Source: Desulfobacterales bacterium
GTDB lineage: Bacteria > Desulfobacterota > Desulfobacteria > Desulfobacterales > B30-G6
Direction: 5' to 3'
Assembly (NCBI GenBank): GCA_029940035.1
Contig: JAOZRT010000006.1
Location: 1 to 46,012, forward strand
DNA: 46,012 nucleotides
Shown in pieces: positions 8,116 to 19,261 of this stretch. The stretch's first letter is position 1. Each line of letters begins with the position of its first letter. A program made the position numbers and the translations under genes. The notes under the pieces are model-generated. The model had not been told where the DNA came from and made no database searches. It saw only the letters and a list, made by a program, of their open reading frames with translations.

Positions 8116-9693
8116 CTAGATAACGAGGTCCCAGGCAAGGGTAAGTTCCATTGCCTTACTGGTGGTCAGAACGGCCTGGGAGGGATTGATTTTCAATGTT
8201 ATTGGTACGCGGTGGTTTGCATCGAGCCGGCCCAGGGAAATACTCACCGCATCAGCAACTGGTTCGAGGCTGTTTCCTAAAAAGCGGGTTAGGGCATCCT
8301 GGATCCAGGCTTCCGGCTGCCGGACCTTAAGATCGATTCCCCTTTTTTCCTGCAAATACAGCAAAAACCGGATGACTCCCGACAGGTATAGCTGGTGGCC
8401 AAGGGATATGCCCCCGAGGGTGGTTTCACCGGAAGCAAAGGCAAAATCCTTGCCCTTCATTCCCATCAGCGGGGTGATTCCCGACCTAAAAAGCTGATCG
8501 GCCCGGTCCCTGCTGAAAACCGTTTCCGTGGCGCATTGCCCGTGGGCATCCGCATGCAAGGCCAGGTCTTCTACCTGGAATCGATCTTTATGGGTAAAGC
8601 GGGTGGGCCAGCCATTTTTTAGAAGCCCCTGCACGATCAAATCGGCCAGCCCCCACACAGGGGCCGCCCAAGGAAGGCGACCCTCTTCATAGGAAAAGAC
8701 ACGCGGCGTGTTCTGGGGGCCATAGGGATAACGCAGAAGAAAACGATTGCAGGTGACAGCCAGCCAATCGGAATTGCCGTTCTGTTTCAGTGATTGCCAT
8801 TTTGCATAAGGTGCTTCTTTAAGAAAGTGAGGCAGGAATGGGCGCTTGGACATTTCTTCCCAGGTGTCGAGATTGAAAAAGGCCGGTGACAACCACACCA
8901 GGGCTGGCGTCATGAGGGTTGCCGCAAATTCGGCAATGGCTTTCAGCAAGATTTGACTTCGGGTTGTGTTGTCCAGGGGCAGGTCCACCAGGATAAGTGC
9001 GGGCAGGTCCGTTGCCATATCCGGCAGGAGGTCTTGCAGGGTCTGCTGTAAAGTTTCGTGGGACACATGCGCAATGTTCACTCGTATCTTTGAGTCACTG
9101 CGCACGGATTTCAGCAGTCGATGCAATCCGCGCCAGGACGCTTCCGAAGTTGTAAAGGGTTGGTGGTGGAAAATGGCATCCAGTGTTTTCTGGAGGATGC
9201 CCTCTATCAGATCTTTGCCGCGAATTTCCTGGATTGAAGAGTCTGCAGGCCCGTCTGGAAGAGCTACCATGTCCAGTATGTTTTCTATTTTCCTCGATAT
9301 ACGAAAAGGCCTTTTGGGGCCCTGGTCCACCGCTATCTGCGGCAGGTCGGGCCATTGGTCCAGACCCTTGCGGATTTCAGCCGCTGATATTCCGGATGAC
9401 TGGGATTGATCCAGATACCTTTTAGCTTCCAAGAGATGCTTAAGAAAGGGCAGGTTCTTGACCATTGCGTCCGGGTGAAAGTCTTTGATCCTGGAGCAAG
9501 AAACATTCATTCCTCCCTGGGGGCAGAGCTCTTGGGGCAGGGGCACGTAGGTGTTTAGACCGAAGGCAGCCATTACCTGGTTCAGTTCTGCCGGATCCAC
9601 ATGAACCGGCATTGCGCCGGGAAAGGATTTGTCGGAAAAACCAAAGGGCGCCAGGGCTAGTATTTTATACAATAGTGAACCTTTGGGTATCAT
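8116..9693 (-). CDS. Fused TssB-TssC (VipA-VipB-like) contractile-sheath family protein in one 525-aa polypeptide
   Basis: Residues ~8-93 are TssB-like: YKILALAPFG, VHVDPAELNQVMAAF, SRIKDFHPDAMVKNLPFLKHLLEAKRYL. Residues ~165-525 are TssC-like: IFHHQPFTTSEASWRGL, PALILVDLPL...AATLMTPAL, NRFLLRYPYG, FSYEEG, FSRDRADQLFRSGITPL, LSGVIRFLLYLQ. The comparisons are to VipA/VipB motifs recalled from memory. The start ATG overlaps the stop of the upstream FHA gene (ATGA at 9690-9693). Confidence 0.85.
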   Translation of the reverse strand: MIPKGSLLYKILALAPFGFSDKSFPGAMPVHVDPAELNQVMAAFGLNTYVPLPQELCPQGGMNVSCSRIKDFHPDAMVKNLPFLKHLLEAKRYLDQSQSSGISAAEIRKGLDQWPDLPQIAVDQGPKRPFRISRKIENILDMVALPDGPADSSIQEIRGKDLIEGILQKTLDAIFHHQPFTTSEASWRGLHRLLKSVRSDSKIRVNIAHVSHETLQQTLQDLLPDMATDLPALILVDLPLDNTTRSQILLKAIAEFAATLMTPALVWLSPAFFNLDTWEEMSKRPFLPHFLKEAPYAKWQSLKQNGNSDWLAVTCNRFLLRYPYGPQNTPRVFSYEEGRLPWAAPVWGLADLIVQGLLKNGWPTRFTHKDRFQVEDLALHADAHGQCATETVFSRDRADQLFRSGITPLMGMKGKDFAFASGETTLGGISLGHQLYLSGVIRFLLYLQEKRGIDLKVRQPEAWIQDALTRFLGNSLEPVADAVSISLGRLDANHRVPITLKINPSQAVLTTSKAMELTLAWDLVI

Positions 9694-10619
9694 TTTGAAA
9701 AGAACTTACTGAACATGGAACCGGATTTTTTTTCTTTTTTCCTGTCGGTTTCCCGGGAGGTTGTATTTTTTTCCTGCATGGCGTCGATTTCTGCCGCAGG
9801 TACAGTACTGGGTTGCTCGATTTCGGCCAGGCGACCCCCGCCGAGAAAGCGAAAAGCAGGGCCATTGTTTCCCAGTGCCAGAACATCTTCTGGTCTCAGG
9901 ACCGCCTCGGTATTGATGGGCGCACCGTGAATCGATATGGACTGTCTGCCGGTCAGGTCCTTTATACAGTATTGATCGTTGTCAAAATAGATTTGCGCGT
10001 GCTTGGTTGCAACCGAAGCGTGGTTGAGCACGAAATCACAGTCAGCGTCCGTGCCGATAACGATGGGCAGTGTATTGAATGACTGTAGGGTTGGCCCGTA
10101 CTGGATCACCAATGGCACCTTGACTTTTTGCGGTGTGGGGCCACTGCCGGGCGGTTGTAGACCGCCTGTCCGAGGGATGGGCTTTACACCTGAAGATGGC
10201 GGTTGCTGCGATGCGCGCGGCTCCGGAGACAAGGGCTTTGGGGAGGGCGGTGGCGGTGGTGATGACGCCATAACCGGCGGTGAAGCAGCTATATTGTCAT
10301 CCACCCGCGTGAGAAAGCTTACCTTGGGACCACCTTCGGCAAACATGATCACGTCACCGTCCTTTAGGTAGGCTTCGCCGATGCTTTTTCCGTTCAGGAA
10401 AGTTCCATTGGCACTTTTATCCTCCACCCGGAAACGGTTTCCCTCTCGAATGATGGTGGCATGTTGGCGGGAAATGATGGTCAGGTCTTCAGGGAATCGA
10501 ACCTGGCAGGTGGAAAGCCTACCCACTGCGATTTCAGGTTCGGTGAATTCCTGGATGTCACCCTTGAGCGGACCGGCAATATGTACCAGTTGGACAATAA
10601 TGGTAGGTAGGGACGGCAT
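9690..10619 (-). CDS. Double FHA-domain protein with a Pro-rich linker and a basic C-terminal tail
   Basis: FHA 1: IAVGRLSTCQVRFPEDLTIISRQHATIIREGNRFRVEDKSANGTFLNG. Linker: SPPPPPSPKPLSPEP. FHA 2: IVIGTDADCDFVLNHASVATKHAQIYFDNDQYCIKDLTGRQSISIHG. Translationally coupled to the sheath-like gene. Confidence 0.9.
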   Translation of the reverse strand: MPSLPTIIVQLVHIAGPLKGDIQEFTEPEIAVGRLSTCQVRFPEDLTIISRQHATIIREGNRFRVEDKSANGTFLNGKSIGEAYLKDGDVIMFAEGGPKVSFLTRVDDNIAASPPVMASSPPPPPSPKPLSPEPRASQQPPSSGVKPIPRTGGLQPPGSGPTPQKVKVPLVIQYGPTLQSFNTLPIVIGTDADCDFVLNHASVATKHAQIYFDNDQYCIKDLTGRQSISIHGAPINTEAVLRPEDVLALGNNGPAFRFLGGGRLAEIEQPSTVPAAEIDAMQEKNTTSRETDRKKEKKSGSMFSKFFSK

Positions 10620-10743
10620 GTCTTTTTGTTACGGCAAGAGGTGGCGGAGTGTCAAGGGTTTAATTGCAGCATGCTCGGCTTGTATACTGGCTGACACAGC
10701 TGTGAAAATGACAAGCTGCAAACAGCTGCCCAGGAGAACTTCC

Positions 10744-10772
10744 TTGACAACAGACTGGTATCATAATAAATT
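10744..10772 (+). promoter_or_regulatory. Candidate sigma70-type promoter for the PP2C-kinase operon
   Basis: TTGACA at 10744-10749, a 17-nt spacer, then TAAATT at 10767-10772, about 60 nt upstream of the ATG at 10834. It lies in the 214-bp divergent intergenic region. Motif match only. Confidence 0.3.
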
Positions 10773-10833
10773 TAACATTCACCCTCGGTGTCTGGATTTA
10801 GGTTTATATAAACCCTTTGGGAAACCGGAACCA

Positions 10834-11565
10834 ATGAACATGATACATTATTATGGGAAGACAGATGTTGGTCTGGTGCGTCAAAACAATGAAGATACCT
10901 ATGCCCTAGATTCGGCGCGCGGCTTTTGTCTGGTGGCTGACGGCATGGGGGGTATGGCTGGAGGTGAGTTGGCCAGCCAAATGTTTGCAGAGGCTGCCAA
11001 GGGTATCTTTGCTTCCGGCAGTCTGGCTACGGAGAAAGACCGGATAGAGACGGTGCAGCAGATATTTTGGTATGCCAATAACAGCATTCTGAAGCATGTG
11101 GAGAACAATTCCCATCTCAAGGGAATGGGGTGTACCGCGGAACTGATCGTGTTCAGCGAGAATAGGTTCGTCATCGGGCATATGGGTGACAGCCGCACCT
11201 ATCAGTTGAGAAATGGTCAACTCAAGCAGCTCACCAAGGATCATTCCTTGGTCCAAGAACAACTTGACCAGGGACTCATCTCCGATCCCCAGGCTGTTGT
11301 GCATTCCATGCGCAATGTTATCTTGCGGGCGGTGGGGGTGGAAGAGGACCTGCAGCTAGATATTATCAGAGGGAATATTCAAGCTGGAGATCACTACCTG
11401 CTCTGTTCGGACGGTTTGACTGATATGGTTCAGAATGGTGAAATCGAAAACATTTTATCATCAGGCATGAGCCTTGCCGAGAAAGTGGATCAGCTAATTG
11501 CCGAGGCCCTCTCCGCCGGCGGGAAAGACAATGTAACCGTTGTTGCTGTGATGGTGGATTCATGA
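10834..11565 (+). CDS. PP2C-family Ser/Thr protein phosphatase
   Basis: MNMIHYYGKTDVGLVRQNNEDTYAL..., VADGMGG, MGCTA, GDSRTY, LLCSDGL, GGKDNVTVV. The ORF-track start at 10381 overlaps the FHA gene on the opposite strand, so I use the internal ATG at 10834. The stop overlaps the kinase start (ATGA). Confidence 0.9.
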   Translation: MNMIHYYGKTDVGLVRQNNEDTYALDSARGFCLVADGMGGMAGGELASQMFAEAAKGIFASGSLATEKDRIETVQQIFWYANNSILKHVENNSHLKGMGCTAELIVFSENRFVIGHMGDSRTYQLRNGQLKQLTKDHSLVQEQLDQGLISDPQAVVHSMRNVILRAVGVEEDLQLDIIRGNIQAGDHYLLCSDGLTDMVQNGEIENILSSGMSLAEKVDQLIAEALSAGGKDNVTVVAVMVDS

Positions 11566-13043
11566 TGCAGTATGGAAGATACCGAATAGAAAAAGAGCTG
11601 GGTAAGGGGAACATGGGGGTAGTCTATCAGGCCGTTGATCCCCAGATAGAGAGATTGGTAGCCTTGAAGGTCCTGCGTGAGGACCGGATGGTCAGTGAAG
11701 ACTTTGTCATGCGCTTCGTAAAGGAGGCCAAGGCCATAGGACGGCTCTCTCATCCCAACATTGTGACAGTGTATGATGTCGGTCAGGACAACGACACCAT
11801 CTATATTGCCATGGAATATCTGGAAGGGCGGCCCTTTGACGAAGTGATCCGCGGCAGCAGGCTGGAGCTCGAAAAGATTTTGGATATCGGTATACAGGTA
11901 GCAGAAACCCTGGATTATGCGCATAAAAAGAAAATTGTTCATCGGGATATCAAACCCTCCAACATGATCCTGAGCGAAGAGGGCCGGGTCAAACTGACCG
12001 ATTTCGGCATTGCTCGTATCGAAGATCCCTTGGTCATGCAACAGACGCAGGCCGGTGAAATACTGGGTACGCCCGTTTATATGCCGCCGGAACAGGCTAT
12101 GGGTACACCCATCGACGGTAGAGCTGACCTCTACTCGCTGGGCGTTATTCTATATGAACTGATCGTCGGCAGGCGCCCTTTTGATGGCAGTAACATCACA
12201 GCCATATTAAGATCCATCATTCAGGACACCCCCGAATCGCCTTCCCAGGTTGATCCGTTTATCCCCCAGGGCATTTCAGATTTGATCATGAAGTGTCTTT
12301 CCAGGAATCCGGAAGATCGGTTCCAGACAGGTGCTGAGCTGGCCACGGCGCTCAAGAATGCGACCAGGAAGGAACAGCAGGAGGCCATCGTCCCGGAAAA
12401 TAAGCCGGGCATATCGACCAAATTTCTGGGTGTCTGGCTGGCCCTGGGCATCATTGCACTGGTAGGCACAGGAGTTGGATGGTATCTTCTCAAGGGCGGA
12501 GCGGAGTCTCCGGTCAGTGGTGTGGTCAAGGATGTCAAAACCTTGGATGAGGCGCACACATCCAAGACACCATCTGCTATACCGTCGACAGCGAAGGAAG
12601 ATCCGTCCGGGATCATTGATCAAGGGCCAGTGACGGATCTTGAGACGGCCACAGGGGCGGAGGGGACAACAGTCCTGGAGCAACCTAATGCTGAATCTCC
12701 GATTGCAATTGGGGAGGAAGCCACCGGTGCTGAAGCGGGAGCGTCAGGAGAGGAACAAATTGTTAGTGAAACAACGGATACGCGCGACCAGACAGCCGAT
12801 AAATCAGCCCAGCCTGACATGTCTGCGTTAAGCACGAGCCTGATAATTGAGAGCAAGCCGGCCGGCGCCCAGGTATTTATTGAAAATAGCATGAAAGGGC
12901 TGACGCCCTTGAATCTGGAGCTGCCCTTTGGCGATTACAATATACGCTTGAGTCTGGCGGATCACTACGAGTGGAAGGCGGACCTGGAGTTGAGTGAAGA
13001 AGGTGAGATCCCCCTGTTTGTCCAAATGGTACCCAGCAATTAG
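11562..13043 (+). CDS. Hanks-type Ser/Thr protein kinase with one TM helix and a C-terminal extracytoplasmic PEGA-like domain
   Basis: GKGNMGVVY, ALKVL, HRDIKPSNMIL, DFGIAR and GTPVYMPPEQ. TM helix FLGVWLALGIIALVGTGVGWYLL. C-terminus SLIIESKPAGAQVFIENSMKGLTPLNLELPFGDYNIRL (PEGA-like). Confidence 0.92.
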   Translation: MMQYGRYRIEKELGKGNMGVVYQAVDPQIERLVALKVLREDRMVSEDFVMRFVKEAKAIGRLSHPNIVTVYDVGQDNDTIYIAMEYLEGRPFDEVIRGSRLELEKILDIGIQVAETLDYAHKKKIVHRDIKPSNMILSEEGRVKLTDFGIARIEDPLVMQQTQAGEILGTPVYMPPEQAMGTPIDGRADLYSLGVILYELIVGRRPFDGSNITAILRSIIQDTPESPSQVDPFIPQGISDLIMKCLSRNPEDRFQTGAELATALKNATRKEQQEAIVPENKPGISTKFLGVWLALGIIALVGTGVGWYLLKGGAESPVSGVVKDVKTLDEAHTSKTPSAIPSTAKEDPSGIIDQGPVTDLETATGAEGTTVLEQPNAESPIAIGEEATGAEAGASGEEQIVSETTDTRDQTADKSAQPDMSALSTSLIIESKPAGAQVFIENSMKGLTPLNLELPFGDYNIRLSLADHYEWKADLELSEEGEIPLFVQMVPSN

Positions 13044-13694
13044 AATAGTGGGCTATTCATTAATTTTCCGTTTGTGCTGTAAAAACCACCAGACCGCTCA
13101 GAACAAGGTCTAAGTTGGGAAATGCCTCGACCCTTGGGTTAGATGAATAAAACAAACACAACTTCCATGCCCAGGTGCAGGAAAAGAGAGGGTAAGGAAC
13201 TGCGGAGTTTGAGGTTGACGTAAATTAGAAACGGCGAACCAAGCCAAATAGTTACGGTTTCCACTTGTCTTCGGTGTTCATCTTTTAACCCTTTGAATCT
13301 TTTTAGCCTGTCACTCCGACCCTTGAACCCTAACTATATATTCGTCAACAAAGGGAACCATCGATTTTGTTTTACATCAACTGGTCGGGAGACGATCCTT
13401 AATTTTTTGTGATGCCTGACAGAATGGCCTGATCAACTGCGTTCGTTGCTCCAATCGGATGTTTTTTATGCTCAACCTGACATGGGGGTGCCAAGCCTTG
13501 GTTTTCATAAGTAAATCTGCCAACTGTTCCAACATGAATTCATGAAAACCCATGAATAAAATGTCGCTTTTTTGATGCAAAAGCTGTTTTCAACAAAACA
13601 TCTCCGATGTATATTCACACCACGAAGTGAAGGATACTGAAAAAATAGATCACAAGAATATTCGCCTTTAAGGGCGCCAAAAGGGAGAGGTCAT

Positions 13695-16382
<2,688 letters not shown>

Positions 16383-16418
16383 AATCGTTCAGCTGCTTTT
16401 GATGGCCCTGTTCTATGA

Positions 16419-16697
16419 TCAGCGGTTGATCCGGTCTCTCAGTTTGCCGGAGCATTTGAAGGTAACGACCTTTCTTTCCCTGAGGATGAGGTCTGATCCG
16501 GTCGCAGGATTCCTGCCACGTCGCTGCTTTTTATTCTTGACACAGAATTTACCAAAACCCGATACGAGGACATCATCCCCCTGAGTAAGTGTGCTTTTGA
16601 TAATTTCCAACAGAGACTCGACGGTGTCCACCGCTTTCTTTTTTGTAAACCCCAGTTCGTGAACTTTTGCTACAATGTCGCTTTTGGTTAACGCCAT
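16419..16697 (-). CDS. ihfA: HU/IHF-family DNA-binding protein, IHF-alpha-like
   Basis: 92 aa: MALTKSDIVAKV...VSGFGKFCVKNKKQRRGRNPATGSDLILRERKVVTFKCSGKLRDRIN. The arm motif RGRNPxTG and the RxVVTF segment resemble IHF-alpha. Confidence 0.88.
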   Translation of the reverse strand: MALTKSDIVAKVHELGFTKKKAVDTVESLLEIIKSTLTQGDDVLVSGFGKFCVKNKKQRRGRNPATGSDLILRERKVVTFKCSGKLRDRINR

Positions 16698-16792
16698 GGT
16701 GCCTCCTAAGGTCGATGGTTTCCCGCATCATAGGCCGAGGCGGCTTGCCTGCCGTCTACGTAACCCTCCGGCTTTTGCAACGATAGGGTTAA

Positions 16793-16984
16793 CTATACGG
16801 CCAAGTCTTCGTTTTGCTGCATTTCTTCAGACTTGCCAGGGTCCTGGTGGTTGATTTTGTCAATGATCGAATCTATATTTTTTATGATTTCTTCCATGTC
16901 GGTGCTGATTTTTTTTTCTTCCTGGTCCTGCATCATTCCATCCTGTGGCATTAAAGCATGAAAATTTATGATAAGCAATATCAC
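16793..16984 (-). CDS. Possible small acidic protein (uncertain)
   Basis: 63-aa ORF between the sensor kinase and ihf on the same strand. The sequence is low-complexity and acidic (MQDQEEKKISTDMEEIIKNIDSIIDKI). No family recognised; it may be non-coding. Confidence 0.25.
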   Translation of the reverse strand: MILLIINFHALMPQDGMMQDQEEKKISTDMEEIIKNIDSIIDKINHQDPGKSEEMQQNEDLAV

Positions 16985-17057
16985 CGTTTAACGTAACTAT
17001 CTAATTTATACGGATTTTAAGCTAATGTCAAGATATTCCTAAGCTGAAGCGATCAGT

Positions 17058-18974
17058 TTAGGATGTTAAAATTTCCCTTATTTCGAAGGCGAGCTGATTC
17101 ATTTTAAACGGTTTCTGAATAAACCCGCTGCATCCGTCCTCAATCATTTTTCTTGCCTGCCAGTCGATGCTGTAGCCACTGGATACAAGAACCTTGACGT
17201 CCGGTTTCAAGTTTTTCATCCGGGCATACACCTCTTCACCCCCCATGTCAGGCATGATGATGTCCAGCAGCACCAGGTCTATGTGCTGGTGGCGGGCAGT
17301 GAAAATTTTCATTGCGGTGACTCCGCTTTTAGCAATCAGCACTTTGTAGCCCAGTTGTTTGAGTAACTTTCTGTCAACACTGATGATAATGTCCTCATCG
17401 TCCACCAGCAGGATGGTTTCCGTGCCCTTGTGCAATTTACTCTGGGAACCGGAGGGGTCGGAAGTTTCCTGCCGGGACGCTGGCAGAAAAACATTAAAGG
17501 TGCTTCCCTTTCCTCTGGTGCTGCGGCACTCGATGATTCCATTGTGGTTTTTTACAATCCCGAAGGCCGATGCAAGGCCCATTCCGGTGCCCTCTCCCAC
17601 GGCCTTGGTGGTGAAAAACGGTTCGAAAATCCGTTGCTGTACTTCGGGATCCATGCCGTATCCTGTGTCACCCACTGATATCTTGACATAATTACCTGGT
17701 TCCACATCAAAATTTTTAACAAAATTCTGATCCAGAACAACATTTTCCGATGTTACCCGCAGTTCACCTTTTTTCAGCATGGCCTGGCATGCGTTCAGAA
17801 ACAGGTTCATGATAACCTGCTCGATCTGGCCCTGGTCTACTTCCACGGACCATAAGTCATCCTGGTGTTTTTCATGGAAAAAGATGTGTTTGTTGGTCCT
17901 TTCAAACATCCCTTTAAGCTTGCGGATCATATCGTTGAGGCTCGTGGCTTTGACCATATACTTGCCGCCACGGGCAAACCCCAGCAGCTGTTTGGTCAAT
18001 TTGGCAGCACTGTCCACACACCGCTCGATGCTGGCCACTTCATCAAAATGGGGGTCGCCTGGTGTGAGGTCTAATATCATCAGGGAAATATTGCCCTGGA
18101 TGCCCATGAGCAGGTTGTTGAAGTCATGGGCGACTCCTCCGGCGAGGGTTCCCACAGCCTCCATTTTTTTGGCCTGCTGGAGTTTTTCTTCCAGCCTTTT
18201 CTGCTCGGTGACGTCGGAAAGGGTAATGATGGTGGTGGAGGACTCACCCTCGACAGGAAAACTTCTAATGGTCACCTTGCGGCTGTGGAGGTCAAAGGGT
18301 GTATTTTTGTTGCGAACAGGTTTCTTTTGGGGAGTGATCAGTTTTTCAATGTGCTTTTTAGCCTTGTCTTCGAAGAGGTCGGGCGGGTAGGCATACAGCA
18401 GGTTCTCGAGACTGACCTCGAACATTTTGACGGCGGCTTCATTAGCATACACGACCCGTTCGGAAAACACTTCCAGGAATCCTTCGGTCATGCTTTCAAG
18501 AATCGTTTCCAGGTGTTGATTGCGCGATATCAGCTCTTTGGTCAACTGCCGGGAATAAACGGCATCCAGGCCGATGATCGGTCCGGGTTCGTCATTTTGG
18601 GCAGGCGTGTCCGAATCGTTGACCGCCGCAATGACATTCTTGGCCATATTGCTGAATGAGCCCTTGGCAATGCAGGCATTGGCGCCTATTTTAGTATAGT
18701 CTTTTCCGGTTTCCGCAATGCCGGCAGAAAGGATCACCAGGTAGCAGTCCTTGAGATCATCCCTGGACCGCACGATTTGGCAGAGCCGGTCGCCATCGAT
18801 TTTGGGCATGAACAGGTCAACGAACATGACGTCGGGTGCAAATTCAGAGAGCACATTCAGGGCCGCAAACCCGTCCTCTGCCGTGCGTACCTCGTGCCCG
18901 GCACGTTCCAGGTGAGTGGAAAGAAATTTGCGGAGCAGGCGGTTGTCATCGACAATGAGAATTTTCTTTTTCAA
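17058..18974 (-). CDS. Hybrid sensor histidine kinase (REC - PAS-like - HisKA - HATPase_c - REC)
   Basis: N-terminal receiver KILIVDDNRLLR...DVMFVDLFMPKIDG, H-box GGVAHDFNNLL, N/G boxes NLFLNACQA and DTGYGMD...GTGMGL, C-terminal receiver ILLVDDEDII...LVLLDIIMPDMGG. Confidence 0.92.
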   Translation of the reverse strand: MKKKILIVDDNRLLRKFLSTHLERAGHEVRTAEDGFAALNVLSEFAPDVMFVDLFMPKIDGDRLCQIVRSRDDLKDCYLVILSAGIAETGKDYTKIGANACIAKGSFSNMAKNVIAAVNDSDTPAQNDEPGPIIGLDAVYSRQLTKELISRNQHLETILESMTEGFLEVFSERVVYANEAAVKMFEVSLENLLYAYPPDLFEDKAKKHIEKLITPQKKPVRNKNTPFDLHSRKVTIRSFPVEGESSTTIITLSDVTEQKRLEEKLQQAKKMEAVGTLAGGVAHDFNNLLMGIQGNISLMILDLTPGDPHFDEVASIERCVDSAAKLTKQLLGFARGGKYMVKATSLNDMIRKLKGMFERTNKHIFFHEKHQDDLWSVEVDQGQIEQVIMNLFLNACQAMLKKGELRVTSENVVLDQNFVKNFDVEPGNYVKISVGDTGYGMDPEVQQRIFEPFFTTKAVGEGTGMGLASAFGIVKNHNGIIECRSTRGKGSTFNVFLPASRQETSDPSGSQSKLHKGTETILLVDDEDIIISVDRKLLKQLGYKVLIAKSGVTAMKIFTARHQHIDLVLLDIIMPDMGGEEVYARMKNLKPDVKVLVSSGYSIDWQARKMIEDGCSGFIQKPFKMNQLAFEIREILTS

Positions 18975-19194
18975 TGGCTGATCTCCTTCTTCATGCAGAC
19001 AGCGGTATCAGGGCAAAGGGTTTTGAATTCACGGGTGGCCTGCATGGCGGCGTGATGTCCTCGACGGGCAGTCCGCATTGTTCTAACATACCCATGACCG
19101 CCGAGGCCTCACCAGGACGGATACCGCTGAAGGCAAGCATTTCAAATGAATCCATTTTTCCCTGTTCAACTAGTTCAAAAAGACGACATTATTT

Positions 19195-19230
19195 TTATCA
19201 CGAAAGCACGAAAAGGTGAAAACACGAAAT
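19195..19230. repeat. Octamer word tract CACGAAAN x4, with an 18-nt exact inverted copy elsewhere in the window
   Basis: cacgaaag|cacgaaaa|ggtgaaaa|cacgaaat. The 18-mer ttatcacgaaagcacgaa (19195-19212) recurs as its reverse complement at 26683-26700. Confidence 0.8.
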
Positions 19231-19261
19231 AGATAATTGTTTAGCGGCGAAGCCGCGTCAT

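Noticed and set aside
10381-10833. The N-terminal 151-aa extension of the PP2C ORF given in the track
   Set aside because: It would overlap the FHA gene and the divergent promoter region. The PP2C domain begins right after the ATG at 10834 (MNMIHYYGKTDVGLVR).
6225-13043. Calling this region a type VI secretion system locus
   Set aside because: Only a sheath-family fusion and a TPP-like regulatory set are present. No tube, spike, baseplate, membrane-complex or ClpV genes are recognisable in the window, so a T6SS call is not supported. It is reported instead as an orphan sheath module.
13377-13580. The 67-aa ORF upstream of acnA, and the 65-aa ORF at 43356-43553
   Set aside because: Both are short with no RBS, have unremarkable composition, and lie in regulatory intergenic DNA. 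There is no support for coding.
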